Shown here: positions 48,099 to 59,759 of the stretch, piece after piece
How the letters are laid out: the number at the start of each line of letters is the position of its first letter
How positions within the stretch are numbered: position 1 is the first letter of the stretch
From: Amoebophrya sp. A120
Lineage: Eukaryota; Protista; Dinoflagellata
Assembly: GCA_905178155.1 (NCBI GenBank)
Contig: CAJINV010000002.1
Coordinates: 12,651,386 to 12,715,385, forward strand
Reading direction: 5' to 3'
Length of the DNA: 64,000 bases
Position numbers and translations under genes: made by a program
The notes under the pieces: model-generated
Told to the model about the DNA's origin: nothing
The model's database searches: none
Seen by the model: the letters and a program-made list of their open reading frames with translations, nothing else

Positions 48099-51000
48099 AT
48101 GGGAGGCGATAACGACCCGCGGTCGGGTCGGCTTGGTGAGCACGGATGGACGTCCGTAAAAGTACTCGGTAAGGGGCAGTTTGGAATCGCATACCTGGTG
48201 CGCCCCGGCTACGCTGCGTTTCCTCGCCTCGGCTTCCGCACGTGCGGGCAGAACCCCGACCGGCGGTCGCTCGGCATTCTGTGCTGCCAAAGTACGTCAC
48301 GCGTTTTCATCTCGTACGGAGTAACAACTCACACTGCAAGACGTGCATGCACAGAGCCGCTGCGCCAGCCGCCCCCTTCTGCCTGCCCCGTGCGGGCGCC
48401 GAGGCAAGTCTCCACAGGATATCAGAGTAGGACAGAATACGAGCCTGAATATCCGGAAGGACACCACAGGCGGCCAGCATGCAGTTGCGAAAATGGTACA
48501 GCAAACGAAGTAGAAGTTCCCTTGTCGTATGCAAGAAACATCAGTACTTGCTTTCTCCTTTATGCGATTGCGTGCTCGCTTGCCTCGGGACGTCGGTCGA
48601 AGCCAGCGCGAGTGTAGTCTTCGGTCCAACAAAAATGCTGTTTGCTAAATTTCACTTCGTCCAGGTGAGTCTCGACTTCTTGTCGGAGAAAGACAATTTG
48701 CAGGCGGGGCAGGAGGTGATGCTTCTGAAACAGTTGAACCACCCGAACATTGTGGCTTACTACGACCACTATCTCAGTGAAGAACCGGTGCGCGAGCTGG
48801 TGATCCTGATGGAATACTGCGAAGGCGGGGAGCTCCGGCAGAAGATCAAGGACGCTGTATCCTACTCACTCTGGCCTCACGTCCGATCCCCGTGCCGATG
48901 TTGGATCGGTCGCCCCCGGAAAGAAACATCGCTGAGGAGACACAAGATAACTTTGGTAGGGCAAAGATGCAAGAACTGGCGACGTCAAGCGAGGCAGCAG
49001 TCGCGCGATTGTCGAATTGTTTTGCATGGTATTTCGAACATTCCGCATCGTTTTCCAGAGCATCACTGCAATCATGCAGCGGGGGTCGCTCGTGAGAAGT
49101 GCTTTTTTGGGTTCCACACTGAAGCAAAGAAAAGGCGCAGTTCAAGGAGGCCCAGATAATGCGTTGGTTTTGCCAGGCTTTGTCGGCGCTCAGCTACGTG
49201 CACAAAATGCACATTTTGCACCGCGATTTGAAGAGCAGCAACATATTTCTTCGCGGCCAGCACGGTATCCTTCGATGAAACATTTTCCTTTGTCGCACAC
49301 TGCATGACCACAGCAGGCTTTGTTATTGCATAAAGCGCAACATCATAAGTAATTCCTCAGTCACTTACTCGTTGAAAGAAAAACCTGTGTCCGTTTTTCT
49401 CGTCCCCGCGGGAGCTGCAGCAGCAGCTGCACAATCGAAATTTGTTTCCTTGTGACACGTTATCGGGACTGCGCTATTGGGGACTTCGGGATTTCCCGAG
49501 TGCTGGAAGGCACCATCGACGCCGCGGCCACGGTGGTCGGGACGCCCTACTACATGTCTCCCGAGGTCTGCCGCTCCGAGCCGTATTCGTACAAGTCGGA
49601 CATTTGGAGCTTGGGGTGCGTCCTGTACGAGATGTGCATGCTGAAGCACGCGTTCGAGTCCGAAAACCTGCTCGGGTTGGTGTACAAGATTGTATCGGAC
49701 AGGTACGACCCGATTCCCGGGCAGTACACGCAGGACTTGTCCTCCCTCATCGCCCGGATGCTGGACAAGAGCGCCCACTCGCGCCCGAAGGGGGAGGACG
49801 TGCTGCAGCTCGCCTACGTGAAGAAGCACATGGCACACATCGTCGCGGAGCAAGGCGGCGACTCGGCCGGCGGCAAGTACCGACGCAACCAGATCAACTC
49901 GGACCTCTTCACCAGCGCGGATTCCGGGGGTGGGCCGAGTAGTCGCGAGCAGCCGGGGCGGCGGTCCGACCAGTACCAGAAGCGGGTTGCGCCGTCCCTC
50001 GGGCCGGGGGCACAGAAAAAGCGGAAGCCCACACCTTTGAGCTTCGACGCCAAGGACGGCCCCCCTGTGGCAGGAAGTATATACTAGAACTCGTGCCTAC
50101 ACATCTGAATGTTTTTGCGTCCACAAGTATGATGCAGTCTCAGTTGGTGACACGTGTTCTTGTATGCCCCCACTTCAGGAGCAGGGTCTAAAATCTTACT
50201 CAGTTTTTTACACGCGTTGGGATTGGTACTACACATGTGTTTTCCTATAGGCAGGAGAAGCGGTAGCTCGAGCTCCCTACTCGAGCTTTGCTATGGGGCT
50301 ATAGCCAAGTGAAAAAACTCGACTCAGGTGCGCGAACCGAACAAGGCAGCGCGCGACCCGCCGCACAGGAAGAGACGCCGTCGAAAGTGCCACACTCGAG
50401 TCCGGACACGTCGCCAGTACACGACACCGCGGACGCGGAAACAAAGATGATCATTCACCTGATGATGTCCCGCGTCCGGCACCAAGTAGTACAGCAGAAG
50501 CTCAACTGGATGCACGTGTTCTCGATGTTTGACCGTCGGAGCGAGGGACTGCTGAACGAGGCGGATTTCTCAAGGGCGATGACCGCGATGCACCTGGGAC
50601 TGTCACACGGAGAAATAAAGGATCTCTTTCTGGCCTTGATGATGCAGCAAGCCGCAACGAACTCCGGAAATTTATCGCCGGGAGGGGAGGGGAGGTGGTC
50701 GGGAGTTCTCGTCAATCACAGGCAAGAAAAACTTTGCAGGCATAACGACCAAATAGAAGGTCAGTATCTGTTGGATCATAGAACGTTGCTTGTCGGGAGC
50801 AAGTAAAGCAAGGTCGTGTAGTGCGGCATTCTAAAAACATAGAGATCAATATGTGATTTGCGGCGTCGGCCTGCGGCAAAAACAAAATGTTTGTTTTCTA
50901 GCTGGAAAAGAACCTCCAGACACCCTCCCCAGATTTTCCTTGTCACACCAAGAGGTGGTCCAGGTGAGCGCTTTCGCGCGGGCGCTGAACAGTATCCCGC

Positions 51001-54000
51001 TCCAGGTGACGCAGATCGAGGAGTGGGCCGCGTCGCAGCTGCTACAGGTTGCCAAAACCGTGAACACCAGTCCAAACCTGGTCGTCAAAGGCGCCAAGGT
51101 GCGGATCCAGAACCTGCGCAACTCGCCCCAGCTGAACGGGCTCGAGGGGATCGCCACCAACTGGGACCCCACTGCGTGCCGGTGGATTATCCGCATAGAA
51201 ACCACCCAGGAGCTGAAGGCCATCAAAGACGCAAACCTGACCGTGGTGGACCACGCGGCCAACCCCGTCGCGGAGGGGCTAAACGCCTCCAGCCCGTCGG
51301 CGGCGCTGTACCAAAAGATCTGCGGCAGCGACCCCAGCGGCGTCGTTGCGGAAAAAGCCTTTCTCGACTGCATCTCCGATGTCGTCACCACCGACCGGGA
51401 GCGGCGACGTATGCTGGCACTTGCGCCCAAAAACGTGGAGGGCTACGTGGACGTCCGAGCGCTGCTCGCCGAGGACCGCTTTGTGCGCCTGTCCGGCGGG
51501 AAGTCCTTTCTGGACCGCGACCGTGGCCCCCCGCCGGAGGGCTTCGAGGGGTAAGATTTTTGAACTGTTTGCAGCACTCGGTGTGGCTACAGGTCGCGGT
51601 GTAATGTATTTGTGTCGTGCGATATGCACATGGTAGTTGGGTGCAATGATCATGATCATGTATAATTTTTACGAAAACTGAAATGTTAGATCTCCGCGGC
51701 CACCGGTGGGAGCTACCAGAGCCGGCGCCACGCCGTCGACAACAGCCGGAACGTCAAGTATGCCATCGAATACCGCGGCCATGCCTGGAGCACTTGGCCC
51801 GGGACCCGGTTTTCACCCTTCGTCACCCACTACCAAAGCGAAATTTTTAGTACAATCGAACCGCTGGCGCCTACAAAGATTAATAAGTGGCGAAAATATA
51901 GGCAGAAAAAAGATGTTCACTACTTTCATGAATAAGTTCGTGCATTTTTGTGACTCAGATAGACAAACGGCCGTGTCGTCGATTGTTCGACTCCAGCGTT
52001 CAAAACAATTTAACTTCCATGCACAGCCGACCAGCGGATCCATCATCAAGGAAAAGCTCATCACTCGGGTAAACGAAAATCTATGACTTTGGCAGGCATC
52101 TTAATTTACGTTCCTTGTGGAACAACTCGTTGTCTCGACAGAAAACAAACCGCTTACCTTCCATTGTTGATGCACTGTATCAATCAATCTACTCCAACTT
52201 CCAGCACTCCCGCGAGCGTGACAGCCCCACCGCCGATGAACGTTCCACCCGGCATGCCCCCACCGACCCCGGGCAGCTACCAGCGCACGCAAAGCGCCGA
52301 GCGCCAACCCGGGGAACGGTCCGAGGCTAGTGTGATCATACTGTGGCGGCTCGCGCAGCGACTGAACAACACGCGAACTTCACTCCGCGTGATATTGTCG
52401 CTTTTCCACTCCGGCGGAAGGGGGTCGGGCGACCCGAACGCGAACAAGCTTCAACTCGAGGACTTCCTCGAAGCGGTGTCTACCTGTCCGCTCGGAGTGT
52501 CCCGCGTGGAAGCCCACCGCGTCTTCCAGAGTCTCAGTCCGGGCGGGTCCAGCAGCAGCAGCAGCGGTGGCGACTTGAAGCCCATATCGCTGGACCGCTT
52601 CGAAAAGGCCATCGCAAGCACGGCCGAGCGGTACGGAACCTCGCCGCCCAGCTGCCCCGACGACTTCGACCGCATCCACTTCAACGCCCTAGCAACCGAA
52701 TGCCAGAAGCTGGACCCGGAATCCTCCGGGTACGATAATTCTAGTGTTGTTGAGTTCTGTACGCAGTTTTATTTCTTGACTTCAACGTTAAAACAACTTT
52801 TGGACGGGCAAAAAATATGAAAAAGTGCACGTTTTCAAAACTGTAGGTTTCTGCCGCCGCAAACGTTTCGCATGATTTTGATGCAGACGGAGCCTTATCT
52901 CACCGGGCTAGAGCTGGACTGGATCGTGAGCGCAACGGATAAGGTATCCTGTGCAAAAGTATCGTAGTCGTACTAATTGCAAATATGCATGACGAATCTC
53001 CTTCCTAAGGTAAAACAGCATTACAAATTCCACTTTTCTTCTTGCCAACATTTGTGATGCAATTTATACTAGTACGATACTTTTGCAATGCATATAAGGA
53101 CGGTGACGGCAACTTGGAGTACGCTACTTTCCTCTGGCGAAAAACACCAGGACAGCCCTACCGACCAAGGTATCCCAGAGAAAAAAGCTGGCAGGGCATA
53201 TTTGTAATGCAGAAATAAATACACAGAAAAAATTGCCATGGGTGGCCCCATAGCATGCTGTTTCGGATATGCAATGCAGATTTTTTTGTTGTCAATTTCA
53301 CTTGTTAAATTTTGGTTAATTTCTTAGTCGGCGAGATCGATCGTGGTAAGGCAAACGCCGCCACGAAAAACCCCCGCAGAAAAATAGCGGGCGGAACTTC
53401 TGAGAATACTCAGAAGATAAGAGGCTCCGCCGCTCGATGAGCGGTGGCCACTTTGCTCGACCACGCCCACCCGCCCTTGTCTCGCCTGGACATAGGAAGT
53501 GCGACAAAATAGATCGATGCGCCGAGCGCGCAGTGCTTGCTTGGCTGGCTGCTTTCCCACACACGGGCGCCAGTGTCGCTGCGCTCGCAATGCGGTTGGT
53601 GACCGCCTCACCTCAGCCCCTTGTGTGGTGCTGGTTGCGGCCCTCCTGCAGGAAGTATATGAATATCAGCATCCGCTCCTCGCGGACCTCACTCACACGT
53701 GCGCGCAGCGTCCGGTCCTCGCGGACCTTGCCCACACGTGCGTGCAAAGGTTTGCACGAAATCGATGACATGGGGGTAGCCTGCTGCGGCAGCTGCTTGC
53801 CCATGATCTTCCCTGCAGGGGGCCCGCGGCTGGCGCCGTCACGTCCCCATGTGCATACTGGCTCGAGGTGTCGCGGACACCAACTACATAACAAAAAAGG
53901 CGGCTAGCTGTTGCTAGTGTTTCGCCCTCGCCCACCACTTTATCGAGACTCGCCGTGAAGGAAATTAGTGTCAATTTCACTTGTTCAATTTTGGTTAATT

Positions 54001-55697
54001 TCTTAGTCGGCGAGATCGATCGTGGTAAGGCAAACGCCGCCACGAAAAACCCCCGCAGAAAAATAGCGGGCGGAACTTCTGAGAATACTCAGAAGATAAG
54101 AGGCTCCGCCGCTCGATGAGCGGTGGCCACTTTGCTCGACCACGCCCACCCGCCCTTGTCTCGCCTGGACATAGGAAGTGCGACAAAATAGATCGATGCG
54201 CCGAGCGCGCAGTGCTTGCTTGGCTGGCTGCTTTCCCACACACGGGCGCCAGTGTCGCTGCGCTCGCAATGCGGTTGGTGACCGCCTCACCTCAGCCCCT
54301 TGTGTGGTGCTGGTTGCGGCCCTCCTGCAGGAAGTATATGAATATCAGCATCCGCTCCTCGCGGACCTCACTCACACGTGCGCGCAGCGTCCGGTCCTCG
54401 CGGACCTTGCCCACACGTGCGTGCAAAGGTTTGCACGAAATCGATGACATGGGGGTAGCCTGCTGCGGCAGCTGCTTGCCCATGATCTTCCCTGCAGGGG
54501 GCCCGCGGCTGGCGCCGTCACGTCCCCATGTGCATACTGGCTCGAGGTGTCGCGGACACCAACTACATAACAAAAAAGGCGGCTAGCTGTTGCTAGTGTT
54601 TCGCCCTCGCCCACCACTTTATCGAGACTCGCCGTGAAGGAAATTAAGTATTTATTTTTGCATTACAAATATGCCCTGCCCGCTTTTTTCTGTGTGATAC
54701 AAGGTACGTAATTCCGAGAACGCCTGCAGAGCACTGTTTGTAGTAGCCACAGCCTTCGTCAGGCAGTCCGCTCTGCATGTCCTAACAATTGTTTTGCTTG
54801 AAGACTTATTTCGCAAAGCGACGTGCGGACAAAAGAATTCGCAGAAGTTTTCATCTGGTTGTTCCCCGATTACTCTATAGGTGGACGGCCCCGAGCTCGA
54901 TCGTGCAGCAGTGCAAGGCGGTAACGCGTGTGGCGCCCAGTTTGCCAGTGGACTACGTGCAGAAGGTTTTACTCGCCCGGTTGCACCGGACCATCGAGGA
55001 AAAGCTGGTGCCCGGCATGAACAAGTCCTGCATCGCGTTTTTGCTGGATGTGTTGTCCCTGTTCGCGGACGGGGACCGGTATCTGCAGGAGCAGCGGTTC
55101 TCCTTCACGTTGGGCCTGCTGCTCGGCTACCTGCCCTTCGGGCTGTCCAAGGACGAGGCGGCCTTCATCGTGGAGCACGCCAAGGGGGCGGGGATCAGCT
55201 CGAGCCTGGCCGCCAGCAGTGCGGGGAGCGTGCTGCTGGAACTGACCACCTGGGCCAAGTCGAAGCTCGGGCCGAACATGGGGAGCCTGCGGAAAGCGCT
55301 CACGGAGCAGTACATGTTCACGCAGGACGAGTGGTTCATGCACGAGGAGCTGTCCAATTGCTTCACGCTCACGGACAACAGTTTCAATGACTTGGATTTG
55401 GACCGATTTCTCATGCTCGTCGAGAAGAACTTTGCGGGCAAGCTGAACGCGGTGGACTTCTGGCAGAAGGTAAATCCGGGGGAGCGTTCGTTTCTGTCCG
55501 CCAAAACGCAGCAGACCATGAAGAAGAGCGAGACCAAGTCCTGGGTGCAGATGAAAAAGGAAGAAGCCGGGGAAGTGGGCGAGAAGAGCAACCGGAAGGG
55601 CTTTCCGTGCTGCCCCTGCCTGCGCAGCGCCGGCGGGGGAGAAGGCGGTAGCGGGGCGGGGGCTACGGCCGGAGGATCCGACGGTAATCGTTCGTGA
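48099..55697 (+). CDS. NIMA-related (NEK) Ser/Thr kinase with C-terminal EF-hand-like motifs, multi-exon
   Basis: LGKGQFG, AVAKM, EVMLLKQLNHPNIV, MEYCEGGEL, HRDLKSSNIFL, GDFGISRVL, GTPYYMSPE, YSYKSDIWSLGC. Later exons include FDRRSEGLLNEADF and DKDGDGNLEY. Joining all exons to 55697 is inferred. Confidence 0.85.
53171..54699. mobile_element. Large TATC...GATA TIR element, family E, TSD CAAGG, inserted at a NEK 5' splice site
   Basis: ~52-bp imperfect TIR TATCCCAGAGAAAAAAGCTGGCAGGGCATATTTGTAATGCAGAAATAAATAC / GTATTTATTTTTGCATTACAAATATGCCCTGCCCGCTTTTTTCTGTGTGATA. CAAGG at 53166-53170 and 54700-54704. Confidence 0.92.
53290..54646. repeat. Near-perfect tandem duplication, 679-bp unit x2
   Basis: Identical ORF sets offset by 679 bp (e.g. 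53437/54116, 53316/53995). Confidence 0.96.
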
Positions 55698-57366
55698 TTT
55701 TTTTGAGCTACAAGTACGGGCAACCTGTTCTCTGTAAAATTTGACCGTAGTAAGTGGTAAAAGTTTAGATCTGGATCCAAGTTTTTTATTCAGCGCTACC
55801 AAGTCGACGTTTCTTGTACAGAATCAACCAAATTCTTCAAAAAGCTCAGATGCAGCAGCAGTTTCCAAATTCTTTCTTTCTAACAGCAAAACAGCAGCAG
55901 AATCAAGAAGTCTCAAAACCTGTTTTGGAATTACATGACTCAAGCAAGCATGCACAGGCCTTGATAAACAGTAGATTTGACGAAGCGAAATAATGCTCAA
56001 GGAGCACCGCCGGAAGTTCGCGCTTTCGCGACTACAGCTCGGAAACAGAGCTGCACCCAACGCTCGAAAAGTGCTCTGAAAAAACAGAGAGCGTGGTATA
56101 GCCTTGCGCGTGCCCGCGGGGGCTTTTCTGCGCGAGCGGTTAATGTTGTGAGTTCAATTCGCGCAGTTATGCGTTCCTCGTTGCCACGCATATTTCGTAG
56201 GTTGTGGTTAATAATTTCGTTGTCGTCCAAAACAGAAACAGATGCAAAAGGTCGGACGAAACTACTCAGTGTAAGACTTCTCGATTCCCCCATTGTCTTT
56301 GTGGTTTCGCCGTTTCGGTACTTTCGTGCAAAAACACAACTTGATCGGTGTCGTCCTGCTGACTGTCGTTATCATTCTTGCTCGACTGAACGTGATGAAG
56401 CAAGTGCCTCTTTGCGTTCTCGTCCGTGTCTGAGGCTATCGGCTTCGTTTCTGCCACCGCATTCAATCGTTGTCGTCGAAATGCATCTACATATCGTGTT
56501 TTTTCCCGCAGTGTATTCTCCTCTTTGTGCTGCTAAAAACCAACACCCAACCCCGTAGGTTAGCACTACAAACCTCATTTTTCATCGTGACCAGCTCCGA
56601 CATCACATTTCTTTGTCGTGTTTCTTGATTTGTGTGTCGACCCCAAGGCACAGCAATTGTCATACACGTATCGTTTACGCTTTTGTCCTTCCACTTACAA
56701 TTCACCGGTTTCTTCGTTTTTCGATGTCGAATGAGAATTGTACTTTTATGACGCAGAAACTTTCTCGGAGGCACAGTCTCTGAATCTTTTACGCTGTATC
56801 GCCCCGGTGTAGGTTGCAGATTTGACTCGTGCACAGCTTTGGCATGACACGAAAGCAAAATAAAGGAATGAGCGCCGTCGGCGTGGAAGAACCAGACGCG
56901 GGCCGGTCGGTGTTCAACGGTTCCGCGGAAACGAGCAGTTCTGCTAGCGGGTCTGATTGCGATGTGGACGCCGGTGCTCCAAATTGGAAAAACAAAGTTT
57001 CGGAAGGAGGCACGGCTGGACACTCGTCGAAACCGCCCCCGGGAGTGCCGCACCAGATGGGTGACCTGCAGGGTATACTCATATGACCTGCTCGGGTGTT
57101 GCAAGAATCTCAGTCGGTGTTACACTTGTTCCGCTTTTGGGTGACGCGACCACAACAGCAATCGCAGTGTCTGCATTCTATGCATCGTTTCTAAACTTGG
57201 TGGCCATCATAATGCCACGTAGCATCAAGATCGATTTGGATAGTGCCACACCAGGTGACTAGATTTGCAGCTAATCCCTCACGAATAGCCGAAAAACTAC
57301 CTAGACTTTCGATTGCAACAACTGAGCGGAGCATAAATAATCGACGAATTTTCGTCCAGTGAGCAG

Positions 57367-58515
57367 ATGTCCTCCGCGACAGAGGATGAACAAATTGCCA
57401 CTCCAGTAAAAAAGTCCGCGGATCGCGAAAGCCGTGAGCCCGCAAGCATGGTGGAACAAGAAAAAGATGGGACGAACGCAGCTACCATTTACAAGAGTCC
57501 CTGTTCCGCACGAGATATCGGGGCTGACTTGATTAACAGCTCGCCGGTATCTACCTTGCCAAGAAATCCAGTCGTGTCGAGCTCCTCTGCACGCCATCCG
57601 GACTCATCCCGGCCGGGGCACCAGAACACAGCGCGCAACGGGAAAAAACCACGCAAGAAAGCAAGAAATAAGAATCGCGCCAGCAGAAACACAAAGGTCG
57701 ACCACGGAGAAAAAGTTGCAAAACGGCGCTGCGCTTCGGTAGGCTTGCTTCGCTTCATCATTGGCCTCTTTCTTCTTTTAATCGTCTTCGCTCTTGTTAC
57801 AGTCTGTGTGCTGTATTACTCCGAAGACGGGGGTAACGTCGAACAGTTGGTCTCGCTCTTCGCTATCGACTTCCTCAACACCCAACTTTCTTCTCTTTTC
57901 TTCTCCAAAACCACGTCGTCGCATGAAGCGGCCGACGGTGTGGTGCCGGAGTGTAACCAGGGACGAGATTGCACTTCTGCGCACAAAGAAAGTCGTCCTC
58001 GGCGGCAGCTGTCGAGCAGAGATCCCGGGGAGGCGGACCTGAACCCAAACGGAGCTGATGGCTCTGGCACTGTGTCATCAAAAAAACGCGAAGCGGCAAA
58101 CGCACCCTTCCTGGCGGACGAAGGTGAGCAAGAACCAGGGGCAGGCTATGACTTTTTGGAAGAGCAACCGGACGACCCGGAGCCTGCCGGCGGAAAAACG
58201 AGCATGACGACCACGACGAACGATGGAAGTGAAGAAACTGTGGCCCAAGAACCTGCGGGCCGGGAGGTCGACAACGGTATCATGAGAAATATGAAGCAAC
58301 CCCGCCCGCAAAGAGATTCCCTGCGCCGAATGGAAGACCCCGTGGATTACGATGAAGAAGAGCGTGACTCGGATGAAGAGTTTCTTCAAGAAATGGACGA
58401 TCCAGACGAGGACGAAAATTTTCTACAACATCAAGACTTCGAAGAATTGCACCGCAACACGACGGAGTTTGAGTCTGCCTTTATCGCATTGAATACTGAA
58501 GGCCTTTCTCACTAG
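57367..58515 (+). CDS. Hypothetical single-pass membrane protein (exon)
   Basis: 382-aa ORF with a basic patch, hydrophobic FIIGLFLLLIVFALVTVCVLYY and an acidic C-terminal region. A possible upstream exon starts at 56869. Confidence 0.6.
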   Translation: MSSATEDEQIATPVKKSADRESREPASMVEQEKDGTNAATIYKSPCSARDIGADLINSSPVSTLPRNPVVSSSSARHPDSSRPGHQNTARNGKKPRKKARNKNRASRNTKVDHGEKVAKRRCASVGLLRFIIGLFLLLIVFALVTVCVLYYSEDGGNVEQLVSLFAIDFLNTQLSSLFFSKTTSSHEAADGVVPECNQGRDCTSAHKESRPRRQLSSRDPGEADLNPNGADGSGTVSSKKREAANAPFLADEGEQEPGAGYDFLEEQPDDPEPAGGKTSMTTTTNDGSEETVAQEPAGREVDNGIMRNMKQPRPQRDSLRRMEDPVDYDEEERDSDEEFLQEMDDPDEDENFLQHQDFEELHRNTTEFESAFIALNTEGLSH

Positions 58516-58862
58516 CTTACACGAGCCTTGCAATTCTTTTCCTATTTGACATACCTCCCTCGCGGCACTCGCCGCTGGGAGATTCTGGCGTGCTGCAGTA
58601 TGCAGCGGAGGCGCATGGCGCGGTGTGTTTGCAACTTAAGTACCATCCACGATGGGCGCAGAGAAAAAAATCATACAGAAGGTGACTGCATGTTGTATAC
58701 TGTTCTTCAGTTTTCCGTGCGATTTCGTTTGCTTCCAGTTTTCTTCTAGCGGGCATCCATAGTCGCCCGGCGTCACCAGTCGCTCATGCGCTGGATGCCG
58801 GTCGAACAGAAGAGCGGAACTCACTGCGAAGCTCTGCTGGCACTTCAAACGACGAGCCTGTT

Positions 58863-59759
58863 TTGCAGCCCGATCGTCCAAACAACGGCATGGCGTTGGC
58901 GTTTCCCTCGCCTGCCACGGCAGATCTGGAGCGCGGGTTTATCCGGGTGGAAGAAGGACGGGGAGACGTTTCCGGTGCCGTGGACACTCCCGGCAGGCGA
59001 CCTTTGCCCACACTTGCGACCACGGGTAATGCGGCCCATGATTTTCTGCAACGCAGTGACAGTGCAGCTCCGGGGAAACCGGTAGTACTGCTCGGACGCG
59101 AGGAGGGCTTCAGCTTGTCCAGCAAACACGGCAGACTAAGACCTGAGCTCGGACTAAGACCTGGGCGAATGACCGACGAGCAGCAGTCCCAGGCAGCAGC
59201 GGATCAACAGATGATTCAGCTATCTTCCCTCAAAGCTTGGTATAGGGATCATCAGTATACCAAGACGACGAACGCGGACCTCGCGTTCGACGACGTACTC
59301 GCAACATTTCGCGTGTACGAGCAAATCATGCCTGAGGATCCCCTCCGTACGTATTATTTTGACCAACTCCAGAAAAACGAACAAGTGAACGAAGAAGTAC
59401 TGCTTGACCTCGTGAGTAACGAAAAATCAGGTCTTGGATCACATTGCCCGCAGCGTGAACTGGCTGTGATTTCGGGCGATGCAGATCGTCCAAAATGGTC
59501 TTCGGAGTTTGCGAAAGAAAAAGAAGTACAGAAATTTTTTTTATTTTTGCTTCAAATGGACCGCATTAGTCCCAGTCTGCAGATTTTGCAGGACGCATAT
59601 GCCGACATGGTCAAGGCCGTACTGCTCTCTGCGTGTGGGATGTGGTACGGATGGCACGGAAGCGATAGAATAGCGGATGGAAACGGAAATCAGATAGACG
59701 AGGACCAGGCAGTTTCCCGGCGCGTCGAAGAAATGATGGAGAATCCCCAAGAGATATGA
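58863..59759 (+). CDS. Hypothetical protein exon
   Basis: 298-aa ORF with globular-looking composition, preceded by a TTTTTGCAG acceptor. May join neighbouring ORFs. Confidence 0.5.
   Translation: MQPDRPNNGMALAFPSPATADLERGFIRVEEGRGDVSGAVDTPGRRPLPTLATTGNAAHDFLQRSDSAAPGKPVVLLGREEGFSLSSKHGRLRPELGLRPGRMTDEQQSQAAADQQMIQLSSLKAWYRDHQYTKTTNADLAFDDVLATFRVYEQIMPEDPLRTYYFDQLQKNEQVNEEVLLDLVSNEKSGLGSHCPQRELAVISGDADRPKWSSEFAKEKEVQKFFLFLLQMDRISPSLQILQDAYADMVKAVLLSACGMWYGWHGSDRIADGNGNQIDEDQAVSRRVEEMMENPQEI

Noticed and set aside
53316-54617. Duplicated short ORFs as real genes or a transposase
   Set aside because: Overlapping short frames on both strands with no DDE or other motif; they only reflect the 679-bp duplication.
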